DNA of 57,648 nucleotides from a virus (taxonomy: Duplodnaviria; Caudoviricetes): positions 1-57,648 of IMG/VR virus record IMGVR_UViG_3300032219_002612, one strand, 5' to 3'. The stretch's first letter is position 1. The number at the start of each line of letters is the position of its first letter. Position numbers and translations under genes: made by a program. The notes beneath the pieces were generated by a model. The model made no database searches. It worked only from the letters and a program-made list of their open reading frames with translations, and was not told the origin of the DNA. Of this stretch, positions 8,501-16,846 are shown in pieces.

Positions 8501-11500
8501 GGGCTATCAACCTACGAATGCGGGCCGCAAACTCTTCTAGTTGGTCTTTCTTTTTGGGTTCTTCTTGGAGACGGGCGGCTTGCTTTTGCAAGGCTTCCGC
8601 AGAAGCTTCGGCCAAAGCTTCGAGCCTCGAGCCAGCCTCGGTGGGTACGGCGACGGGGGCTCGGTCTTTTGCCCTGGCCTTGGCCCCAATTACTTGACGC
8701 ACCGCTTCTCCCCGTGTGGCCGGCGGTTGAATCCCCTCTCGGGCTCGGGCCTCACCTAAAGCTTGAGCGGAAAATATATCTAAAGCATTTGTTAGGGCGG
8801 CGTCAAAATAAAGATCTAATTTTCTTCTTACATTCTCCTGGTCTTTGGCGTCTCGAAGGGCGGGCGTTAACAACAGGAGACTTTTAATTTGTTCTTCTGA
8901 GGCCGCCGTTATTTCGGGGTTTTCGGAACGCTGAATAATTTCTAAAATCATTCGGCCCAAAGCTTTTGTCTGCTGAGGATTGAGCCGAATGCCATCTGAA
9001 TCGCTACCTTCAACTTCAGGAGCGGCGGAAAGATCGGCGCCCAAGAACTCTACTCCATCAGTTGCCGCCTGGGCGCTTCCGATGTATTCGGAGATAGCTA
9101 CCTCAAGCTCAGCAACGCTCGCCTGTTTTTTATTTAGCTCAACAAGTTTTGCAATTTTTTCTATTGTCGATTTTGTTTTTGAGTTAGTAACAAGTTTTTC
9201 TACGGCCCGTCTTGTTGAGTCTTTAAGACCTGAACTAATCTCACTTTCTTCCGCGGCGTAACCCGTCAATCGGCCTCGAACAGCAGAATCAATTTGCCTA
9301 CCAATGTACATTTTCATGGCTTCGGGGTTTGAAGAAAGTTCCCCAAGGGCGTTCCAAAGATCTACGGTGCGACCGGGATCTGTTCCATATTTTCTAGCGA
9401 TTAGAAGCATGACTTCAGCTAATTGCTCGCGGGCAAACAAATCAGTTTTCGCTTTGGGCCCTAAAATGTTTGCGAGTTCAAAACCAACCGCGGCTTGCAA
9501 TGGCAGTGAGCTTTTAATATTCCCACTCAAGAAATCATTTAAAGAATTTTGAACTCCGTTTGTTTTTATATAATCCCTGGCGTCAGAAAACTGTTGATCC
9601 CTGGGGATTGATTGATAATACCATGCGCTAGCAATTCTGTCCTTAATTTTTCCGTCGGGCAAAGCGTCTATAAATTTGGTTGCTATGCTCTTAACGGCCT
9701 TGCTTTCCCGAATTTCCGGTGCGGGCGCGGGTGCCGGTAGTGGCACGGAAATGGAAATTGGCTCCCCGCTTAAAGAAACTGAATTAATAATCGGACTCAC
9801 CACTACAACTTCGGGAGCGGGGGAAAGGCGTTTAGCAAACTTAGAAAACCCCGCTTCGCCTAAAGCTTTAATCAGAGCGCCTCTACCGCTTTTAACATAG
9901 TTATTACCGTTAAAAGAAATTACTTCTTGGCGGTCGAATAACCGGGAGACAGCGTTTGCAACCGCCTTGGCCGGGGAGGGAGCGGTGGTCGGTATAGAAA
10001 GAGCGCCAGGAATCTTGACTCGGTAGGATGCATAGACCGGAGACTCTTCGAAAGATTCGGAAGCGTTAACTACTTCTACGGGAGCAGACGTCGCGACTAA
10101 GGCCGCAACGGGTAACGATCTCCCGGCTTCTTCCATTCCCTCCGCTATCTCTAGAGCTTTGTTAGCTATGGCTGGAAGACTCGCTCGGCCACCGTCCATA
10201 ACGGCTTGTGTTGCCGCCCGGAAAAGACTTCGTTCGTCTTTAGTTATTGCGCCTCGCCGAGTGTTTATATCGAGAGCGTCCAGCCATTCCTCCACACCAA
10301 CGGTCTTAAATAAATCATCGGCAACCGTTACCCCAAGCACGCCTTCGGTTCTGCCTTCAAGATGGTTTTCAATCATGCGATAGATTCGAAGATCGTAGGA
10401 GTCGAAAGTGTTTGCGGGGCGGGGAGCGGCTGGGGAAGTCCCGGGGGACGGGACGGGGGATGGGGCGGGTTGGCTCGCGTCCATAAACTCTTTTGAATTC
10501 TTGCGGAGCGTTGAAAGAGCATCTTCGATGCTTTGACGCATTACCAAGCGATCCCTTGCGTTGGGGGCTAATCCCAAGCCACGCTTTACCACCGTGGCCA
10601 TACTGTCAAACCACACGCCCAATCTAGCGAGAACAGATTTATTTTCTTCTTTGAGAATATCCTTTAATCTTTTGGTCGCTCTGGCAATATCGTTTGCGTT
10701 GGTGGCCACGGCCAATTCTGTAATACTTCCGGTAAGATTAAGTTGGGATAGCTGACGAATTCCTTCCATGGCAACAAGATAAGAATCGTTAGCCAAGGCT
10801 CTAATCTTGGACTGCGTATCTGGATTGGTTATGTCAGACCCCGAATTAGAGAAATACAATCTGGCGATTGCGAGTCTTGCAGCTTGGGAGAGCGAGTCGC
10901 CTATTGCCCTGAGTTCTTCGATCGGGTCGAGCCCCAGCTCGCGGAAATATCGCAAGGTCTCCATGTGGATTGTTTCCTCCAGAAGACTTAAAGTCATAAA
11001 AGTTTTAAATTTTTCTGGGGAGAGAATTTTTTTCGTATTTTCTAAGAGGGCCGGGTTAACAAGAATTAAGTCCGACTCATTATCAGTTCCAACCATCACG
11101 GCAATGGCGTGGGTAAAGTCGGGATCAATTTTTACGTTATAATTATGAGCCTGCCCCTTGGCATCCCGGAAAGTAATAACATTATTTGAGAAGTCGGAAC
11201 CCAGGGCGAGCTTGAAAATTTCTTCCGTAGAAGCTATCTGTTCTGGAGTTGCCTGAGCCTCAGACCGAACGGGGGCAACAACTTCGGTAGGCTTGGGTGC
11301 AGCTTCTTCAGCCTTTAGTCCTTCAAACCCGGCACCAGTTGTGGCGTCCAGCAGACGAAGCTTGGCCCGCATACGGTCGATGTTCTGTTGGTCCACTTCT
11401 GCTTGAGACTCCAAGAAGATAAGGTTGGGACGACTTGCGCTGTCCGTTCTCCAGACTCGATAAATTAACTGGACGGCTTGGATTGCGCTGACCGGGGGAG

Positions 11501-14500
11501 ACATAATAATCATGTCTCGGGGTTGATCGCCAAACTTATCGTCCAACTCAATCCCGGTTCCACCCATCTCTTTCGTGGCAATTAGAACGTCAGCATCGCC
11601 TTCATTGAAGGCGGCCAGGGCTTGTTCTTTTGTTTGCCCAGAGCCGGTGTACATCCGAGCAATCTTTAGATCGGGAGCCAATTTGAGGATTGCAGCTTCC
11701 ACTGCCGCCGAGGTGGGGTCAACTGTTTCGCCCCGAGCATTTGTTTCGGAAACAAAGCCGACATAAATAATGGGTTTGCGACCTTGCCGAATTGATTTGA
11801 TGGCTCGCTTTGCCGCAGCGTCTACTTTGTATTCTTCAAGTGCTCGCTTCTGGGCGGCGACAAGTCTTCGTAAAGAAGCAATGTCGGTGTTTTGCGTGCC
11901 GCCGTACATATTTTTAATGTCTTCAAGTTGTTTGGTAATTGTCGAATCAAGTGGCACATCTTGGAATTCAACATTAACCCCATCGAGTCGAAGGGACCGA
12001 GAGCGAAGAACTCCATTCTTTACGAGCCCGTCGAGGTAAGCTTCCAGCCGATCTTGCATCTCTGCTTCAGAAACCCCCGGCGCCAAAGTCCAGTATGATT
12101 TCTTTCCGCCCCGAAGGTATTGCTTTTCAAACCCAAGCCGATTAATCAAGGCATCGGGAGACTCGTTGTCGAAAACACCAAGGCGACCAAGAGATAGAAG
12201 CTGATCGGGGGTTTCAAAGGGAGTCCCTGAGGCCATCAATACTCTGCCAGCTTTAAGCGAAATCTCGTTCATCAAGATCGACCACGCCCGGCTCTTGCCT
12301 TCTTGGGTAGCTTTGTGGAGGTTTCTTCCAGAATGCTGTTCGTCAAACAACACCACAGTTTTGCTGTCCACCAATGGAAGGAGTTTCTCTAGATACTGAG
12401 AGGTGTAGGTGGAGACAACAATCTTCCCCGGGATTTTTTCAACCGGGAGTCCGCGTCCATTATCCCCCTTGCCTCCCCGGGCCACAATGGGAATTCCCAT
12501 TAGCTCGGAGTCCTTGGCGATAGAACCACCGATGGTTCCCAAATCCCAATTCGGGGTTACTGCGTCGGGAGCGGTAAGATAGAAAACATTAAATCCCTTC
12601 GCTAAATAATATTTACCCGCTGCCAGCAGCACTCGAGTTTTACCGGTTCCGGGTCCGTTAGCCAGATAGAAAGCTTTATGCTTAGAGTTCTCCATCGTGG
12701 TAACGGCTGCTGCCACATCCTGCTTTTGCTCACTAGATAGAAGCTTTAAAGCTTCCACCCCGATTGGGTCTAGAACTTTTTCGTTGTAAGGTCTACCTAA
12801 CTGATTGCGGGGCTCGACGAAGGACTTGGGGAGCGGGGTGCCACGAGGGCGTTCAGCTCCAGGTCTCCCTGCTCCGGTTGCCTGACTTGCATCAACTCGT
12901 CCCACTTCTTTCCGCTCAGGGGGAACGGCTTCTTGAGAAACTCGCTTTGTGGTGGCAGCACGTTTGGCCTCGAGTTCCGAGAGCTTTTTGCGAGCCTCCT
13001 CACGTCGACCATCGGTTGTCTTGAGGTCGGGCTTTGTGGCTTCAGGTTGTTTGGATTCTTCATAGGTACCTTTCTCGTTTATGTTAAGTCCGCTATCGAG
13101 CAGGATTTGGTCGCTAACTCGGAGCAGATTCGATCGGAAGGTTAAAGCAATTTTATTTTTAGCTTCTCCCTCTTCAAGTGTTTGCGAAGCCAAATAGGGC
13201 TCCGCAAGTTTGTTTAGTTTGTCGATGTAATCATCGGCTTGTTTTTGTGACAGTCTGTCATCCTCTACCGCGTTCTTTAAATTGTTATCGATGGCTTCTG
13301 AGAGTTCCGTGATGGCTTCCGGAGAAAGCTTTTCTTGCGCGATCGACTCAATATAATTTTCAAAAGCCCGGAGCATTTTGACCGAACGAACTTTTTGCAC
13401 TTCCGACAACAGGGACTTTGCTCCCGCGAGTTCTTCATCGTCAAAGAAACTATCCGATTGTAGTTTGCGGAATCTTTCTGCCGCGGGTTGTATTTGAGCG
13501 GCTGTTAGATTTCCCTCTCGAACTAAGCCCTCCGGTTCGCTAACTGCGCGGGAAGGGAGAGTTCCCGCCTGCTGGTTCTTTCGGTACTCTCCCTCTAAAC
13601 TGGAGATAAATCTATTACGAACTACTTCTTGGATAACTTTAATATCGCCAACGGGAAGTTGGACTCCCGCAGCCTCCTGTTGGGTGATCTGTTTTCCCAA
13701 AACTAAAGCATCGAACGCGAGCTTTTCTGCTTCCGTAGTTAAAGTTTGTCTGAAAGAAGGAACAATCTGTTGGGCGAGAACCGCTAAAGCTTCCTGCCGT
13801 TGAGCTGGCGAGGGAACTTCAGACTGTCCGACAACCTGATTATCCACCTCCGTCGCGTCAATCTGATCAAGAGTTTCATTGATGGCCCCCGCGACGGCTG
13901 GGTTCAAACCCTGCTCCTCCGCCAACGTTTCCGCATCAACGGCGTTAACGCGTAGACCGGGAGTCTCGAGGCTTACGGCTGCTCCAATTCCGACGCCCGC
14001 TCGCATCCGAGGAACGGCTCTGCGAATAAAGTCCCGCAGCCGGCTATTAAAAATTGTACTAAGAGAAAGATTGTTTTTGCCCTGGCGAAGTTCGTAAAGA
14101 AAACTGTTGATCGTGGCAGAGGATACCTCATCGGATATATTATATTTTTGATACCCAGCCAAAGACTTACTTTGAAGATAAGATTTTTTGCGCTCAACGT
14201 AAGCCAATAGGGTTTCGGCGGGAGTCATGAGATCCCGACCGTTTTCGTCGATCGCTCCGAGGCTTTGGAGTAACTCAACCGTCGCGGGGTTTTTTAAATT
14301 AAAAACGCTGGCGAGAACATTTTGGGCGTTTTCTCTCGGATCGGGATTAAGCTTCTGATACTTTTGAAAAGATTCACTTTCCGGATTGTTGATCGGTAGA
14401 ATGACATCGGGTCTAGCCTCGAGCTCGGGGGCTAATTTTCCCTCGCGGGATTCTGCTTGAACTTCGCCCTCGAATTGTTGAACAAGTTTTGACACAGACT

Positions 14501-16811
14501 CTTCTCCTCGAACCAAGCGGGCGGCTTGCCCTTCAACCTGCATGGCCTGAAGTCTTGCCAGCTGTTCTTGCATGGCTGGTACTTCATCAACGGGGGCCTG
14601 TTTAATCTTAGTTTCAAGAACATTAATTTGATCCTGTAATTTTTTTGCGTTAATTTCTGCTGGTTTTTCAACCTCTACTAGATCTTGACTTCTGGCCAGT
14701 TTACTTTCCAAAGCAATTTCGTAATCGGTTGGCCCTAAATATTTTCTGGCCACTGATTCCAGGTCCTCAGGGGTTCCCGCTTGTTCAAGCTCAGACTCCA
14801 TTTGATCGAGCTCTTCTTGCTCAACCCCAACTTGTTCAGCTCGCAGGAGAAAATCATCTTTAAGATCTTGCTCAAATTCAATGGCCGGGATTCCGTTAAT
14901 CCAATTCCCCGAGTCTGTCTTTACATTCGTTACCGAATATACTTTTCCGTCGGTCGAGAGTTCTCCAACAATTCGTCCTTGACTCTCGAGCCATTGAATC
15001 TTCGAAGCATTCTGCGGAGAATTAGCCAACTCAATTTTTGTATTTCCAGCTTCAAAAACATTGACCAACTCGGCCAGGGCGGAAAGAGTTTCCTCCTCGG
15101 TTTCTGGGGGTCCCTCTTTTAAAATAGGGGCAACACCAACTCGACCCTCGGCCTCAGTAAGCTTGGCCGAGAGCATGGATTCAACAGCATTTTGTTTTGA
15201 GTTTTCGACCGCCTCGTCTGCTACCTTTGCAGTTTCCGGGGAAGTGATACTATCAATTGATCCTCTTACGTTGACCGCATCGAATAATGCTTGAGCTTTG
15301 GGGGAAGGGAGGGATTGACGGAGTTGGACAATTTGCTCCATCTTTTGTTGGTCGTTTAAATTGGGGTCGGTCTTTATACCAGCAACCGTTTGTTCAAGCG
15401 ACTTAGCGAATCGGTCGTCGGCCAATGCGTAAATTCTATTTCGTCTAGCCGCAATAGAACCGGATATGCCGGGAATAGCCATTCCCAATCCAATACCGCC
15501 AGAGACAGCTAGATTTTGCAGCAAAGGTTCGATCGGATCTTGACCTCGAAGTATGGCTTCGATTTCTTCCGAAGCGGTCTCCCCTAAGGTTGTGCCGACA
15601 ACTTTACCGGTACTACCCACTAGAGGGGCGAGGGCTGGCAAGTTGGTGGCGAGTGCTTTTGCGGCGACATGATTGGCCAAAGCAATATCAATTGAATTTT
15701 CTAATTTGTTTCCAGCGCCTTCCGCCAAGCCAAGAACGGCGCCCTCACTAAAAACAGAGGACAAACGCTGGGCGACAGAGAGATCCCGGGGATCCCCCTC
15801 AAAAGATTGGGACGCTCCAATTGTAGCGTAGGTCGCTCCTCGGGATAAAACAGTGGGCACCTTTATGGATTGATCCGCGATTTGAGCTGCGCGGCCTAAC
15901 GCTTTTGTTGCGACAGCGCCGGCGCCAATAAACGATCCGACCGAACCAATGGCTGCGCCCGCCAAAGTCCCGGTCATATAATCTTTTTGGATGGTGTTGT
16001 TGATTGAGTTTGAAAGGGCAGAACGTCTGGCAACTTGGTCGGGATCGTTTTCGTCGACTACAATATCCCCGATGGAAACAAATGGCAGAAACGCGTCGCC
16101 AGACTGAATAGCAAAATTTCGAAGGCTAGCCGAGCCCAACTTCTTGGAGCGATCGCTTTCCAAGTCGCGAAGGTAATTTTCCGCCATAGCGAGGTTCATT
16201 CCTAGCTTGGCTGTAAAAGGGCCCGTCCCAAAGGCCATAGCTGGGCTTTCGTCCTTAGGGGCGACGGACTTGCCAGCGGCTAGCTCATCCTCGTAAAGGG
16301 CGCCTAGCTCCAAAGCTTTGGCCGCCTGGCTTGGGTCTTTGATCGTTCCTATGTAGTTGCGGGCCGCAAAACTATTCTGCGTAATCTGCGCTTCTTCTTC
16401 GGTAATTCCCAAACCACTTTGTAAATAAGCCCCAATTGTTTTTCCCACGCCCCCTAAACTTAGTTTGGTCAGGGCCATCCAATCGCCCTTCTTCTCCGCC
16501 TCCATCAACTGCGGGCTTATTTCCAAGCTATAGTCGTAAACCTTTTTTTGAGCATCTAGCCACGATTCCTTATTGAACGGAAGCTTTCCTTCTTTAAGTC
16601 GAGAGGCAAGACCTCCGATCAGATCTACCGACTTCGGGTCGTCGCGGGTAGTGATTAAGTTTTGGGCTTGGGCAAGACTAGAAGAAGGAAGAGTAAAAAG
16701 ATTGTTTATTTCTTGTTGCCCAGAATCAAATAGACCCTCAATAGCTTGTTGTTCTTCGGGAAGCATAACCCCAAGTTCAGGGTTTGACTCAGGATTAAAT
16801 GGATCCGCCAT
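5598..16811 (-). CDS. giant polyvalent internal virion/ejection protein: ECF-sigma-like domain + Strawberry-notch-type SF2 helicase + zincin-like motif
   Basis: 3737 aa; third ejection-protein position after the tail genes; helicase motifs NGPGTGKT, FDEQH, SGT, GGTGIELDD, QLIYRVWR (nt ~12760-11350); sigma-like segment nt ~14230-13590; EETIH at nt ~10980. Confidence 0.85.
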   Translation of the reverse strand: MADPFNPESNPELGVMLPEEQQAIEGLFDSGQQEINNLFTLPSSSLAQAQNLITTRDDPKSVDLIGGLASRLKEGKLPFNKESWLDAQKKVYDYSLEISPQLMEAEKKGDWMALTKLSLGGVGKTIGAYLQSGLGITEEEAQITQNSFAARNYIGTIKDPSQAAKALELGALYEDELAAGKSVAPKDESPAMAFGTGPFTAKLGMNLAMAENYLRDLESDRSKKLGSASLRNFAIQSGDAFLPFVSIGDIVVDENDPDQVARRSALSNSINNTIQKDYMTGTLAGAAIGSVGSFIGAGAVATKALGRAAQIADQSIKVPTVLSRGATYATIGASQSFEGDPRDLSVAQRLSSVFSEGAVLGLAEGAGNKLENSIDIALANHVAAKALATNLPALAPLVGSTGKVVGTTLGETASEEIEAILRGQDPIEPLLQNLAVSGGIGLGMAIPGISGSIAARRNRIYALADDRFAKSLEQTVAGIKTDPNLNDQQKMEQIVQLRQSLPSPKAQALFDAVNVRGSIDSITSPETAKVADEAVENSKQNAVESMLSAKLTEAEGRVGVAPILKEGPPETEEETLSALAELVNVFEAGNTKIELANSPQNASKIQWLESQGRIVGELSTDGKVYSVTNVKTDSGNWINGIPAIEFEQDLKDDFLLRAEQVGVEQEELDQMESELEQAGTPEDLESVARKYLGPTDYEIALESKLARSQDLVEVEKPAEINAKKLQDQINVLETKIKQAPVDEVPAMQEQLARLQAMQVEGQAARLVRGEESVSKLVQQFEGEVQAESREGKLAPELEARPDVILPINNPESESFQKYQKLNPDPRENAQNVLASVFNLKNPATVELLQSLGAIDENGRDLMTPAETLLAYVERKKSYLQSKSLAGYQKYNISDEVSSATINSFLYELRQGKNNLSLSTIFNSRLRDFIRRAVPRMRAGVGIGAAVSLETPGLRVNAVDAETLAEEQGLNPAVAGAINETLDQIDATEVDNQVVGQSEVPSPAQRQEALAVLAQQIVPSFRQTLTTEAEKLAFDALVLGKQITQQEAAGVQLPVGDIKVIQEVVRNRFISSLEGEYRKNQQAGTLPSRAVSEPEGLVREGNLTAAQIQPAAERFRKLQSDSFFDDEELAGAKSLLSEVQKVRSVKMLRAFENYIESIAQEKLSPEAITELSEAIDNNLKNAVEDDRLSQKQADDYIDKLNKLAEPYLASQTLEEGEAKNKIALTFRSNLLRVSDQILLDSGLNINEKGTYEESKQPEATKPDLKTTDGRREEARKKLSELEAKRAATTKRVSQEAVPPERKEVGRVDASQATGAGRPGAERPRGTPLPKSFVEPRNQLGRPYNEKVLDPIGVEALKLLSSEQKQDVAAAVTTMENSKHKAFYLANGPGTGKTRVLLAAGKYYLAKGFNVFYLTAPDAVTPNWDLGTIGGSIAKDSELMGIPIVARGGKGDNGRGLPVEKIPGKIVVSTYTSQYLEKLLPLVDSKTVVLFDEQHSGRNLHKATQEGKSRAWSILMNEISLKAGRVLMASGTPFETPDQLLSLGRLGVFDNESPDALINRLGFEKQYLRGGKKSYWTLAPGVSEAEMQDRLEAYLDGLVKNGVLRSRSLRLDGVNVEFQDVPLDSTITKQLEDIKNMYGGTQNTDIASLRRLVAAQKRALEEYKVDAAAKRAIKSIRQGRKPIIYVGFVSETNARGETVDPTSAAVEAAILKLAPDLKIARMYTGSGQTKEQALAAFNEGDADVLIATKEMGGTGIELDDKFGDQPRDMIIMSPPVSAIQAVQLIYRVWRTDSASRPNLIFLESQAEVDQQNIDRMRAKLRLLDATTGAGFEGLKAEEAAPKPTEVVAPVRSEAQATPEQIASTEEIFKLALGSDFSNNVITFRDAKGQAHNYNVKIDPDFTHAIAVMVGTDNESDLILVNPALLENTKKILSPEKFKTFMTLSLLEETIHMETLRYFRELGLDPIEELRAIGDSLSQAARLAIARLYFSNSGSDITNPDTQSKIRALANDSYLVAMEGIRQLSQLNLTGSITELAVATNANDIARATKRLKDILKEENKSVLARLGVWFDSMATVVKRGLGLAPNARDRLVMRQSIEDALSTLRKNSKEFMDASQPAPSPVPSPGTSPAAPRPANTFDSYDLRIYRMIENHLEGRTEGVLGVTVADDLFKTVGVEEWLDALDINTRRGAITKDERSLFRAATQAVMDGGRASLPAIANKALEIAEGMEEAGRSLPVAALVATSAPVEVVNASESFEESPVYASYRVKIPGALSIPTTAPSPAKAVANAVSRLFDRQEVISFNGNNYVKSGRGALIKALGEAGFSKFAKRLSPAPEVVVVSPIINSVSLSGEPISISVPLPAPAPAPEIRESKAVKSIATKFIDALPDGKIKDRIASAWYYQSIPRDQQFSDARDYIKTNGVQNSLNDFLSGNIKSSLPLQAAVGFELANILGPKAKTDLFAREQLAEVMLLIARKYGTDPGRTVDLWNALGELSSNPEAMKMYIGRQIDSAVRGRLTGYAAEESEISSGLKDSTRRAVEKLVTNSKTKSTIEKIAKLVELNKKQASVAELEVAISEYIGSAQAATDGVEFLGADLSAAPEVEGSDSDGIRLNPQQTKALGRMILEIIQRSENPEITAASEEQIKSLLLLTPALRDAKDQENVRRKLDLYFDAALTNALDIFSAQALGEARAREGIQPPATRGEAVRQVIGAKARAKDRAPVAVPTEAGSRLEALAEASAEALQKQAARLQEEPKKKDQLEEFAARIRRLIAQRTKEMGGLQPAYQPEPKPSEAEVLRDRIAKYPEVSEFIDNVRDSLKEVYTEEELMGLEPFIEEAFGRPFTVSNLKQAVRSLESIGGPQTNVRGLIRSSKGDIMDFENKLGALLTQNTTLDEAQKKQATDFLREGLTELIASERKLELERIKKRFEAKKERKTRKMRSALDKLIEAANLGVLNDNEVFAQMHSQLGLPELKEEERKRLNKLIEDLPLYPAGMIRSKKISEMYQYVKLVSPQVWGELIVNYQTSNLLAGVGTIGINGWSALVSNELNAGILAAVGSARSAFGDKARGKAYLQGALDLNSAIFVGEKPALNAAMNVFFNGDYSNVRDALTQELGGVNLWEAILKQAEDYRAGKPGTVKPELPVNVLGQEYRVPLDSKLISSKYGALAPFIFFGRAMAAGDAINRISSQKMYEIAEATNIAISQGLESNDEIELEVTRLLNLTPEARKRAEARAEADAKEFDLTSEQQALRVEEILEQGRPEEESVKNLTTKTKAFGAQATFTNDFEGWFGLLADSLTSLSAKAWPTRLFIKFLKTGSSLANEVLNFMPVVSTVRLYRGSAGMLKDTKYYRPPAVAGTVEHDLLLGKQILGYLFTGTLMTLFREAIGGEDDPYLNIHFKGPSDPAQREAFFAGGGKLRSIQVGKFKDGKPRFFSFEGFPVGLSGPLILSGAMVEAIRYDKRSTAESVILGGLTGGALAMYGILDMAALSGIRQIMSLTSPGVGQRDAKGIMTNLVKTVGNVAGGLIPGYATLRDVEQLFNGIVGSPTARPYQEGLLSTFMQSVPFASKVGRPDLNFLGYNVKAQVENSLPFLRRVTTVGVDSQAYDNGERSEQAIHDKLISLFAANRTSLDWGAGPLKDFAMMELSEQKRANGEPISVDDFYQLKRELSDDERYEWAQRAGKEIRTVLGQMIPQLEQMSRVEFVTLVPQVANPIKKAILYQVLLEKNQEGILYPKSQTVD
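5600..5627 (-). promoter_or_regulatory. sigma70-type promoter (leaderless)
   Basis: TTGTAT-N16-TAGACT-N6-ATG(5593). Confidence 0.5.
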
Positions 16812-16846
16812 GGCTAATAGAATTCAAGGGACTATTCAGCCGTTCG

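Noticed and set aside
5598-16811. Giant protein as a virion RNA polymerase (N4- or crAss-type)
   Set aside because: I found no DxDGD/DFDID motif and no convincing T7-type polymerase motifs; the recognisable domains are sigma-like, helicase and zincin-like. A highly diverged domain cannot be excluded without structure prediction.
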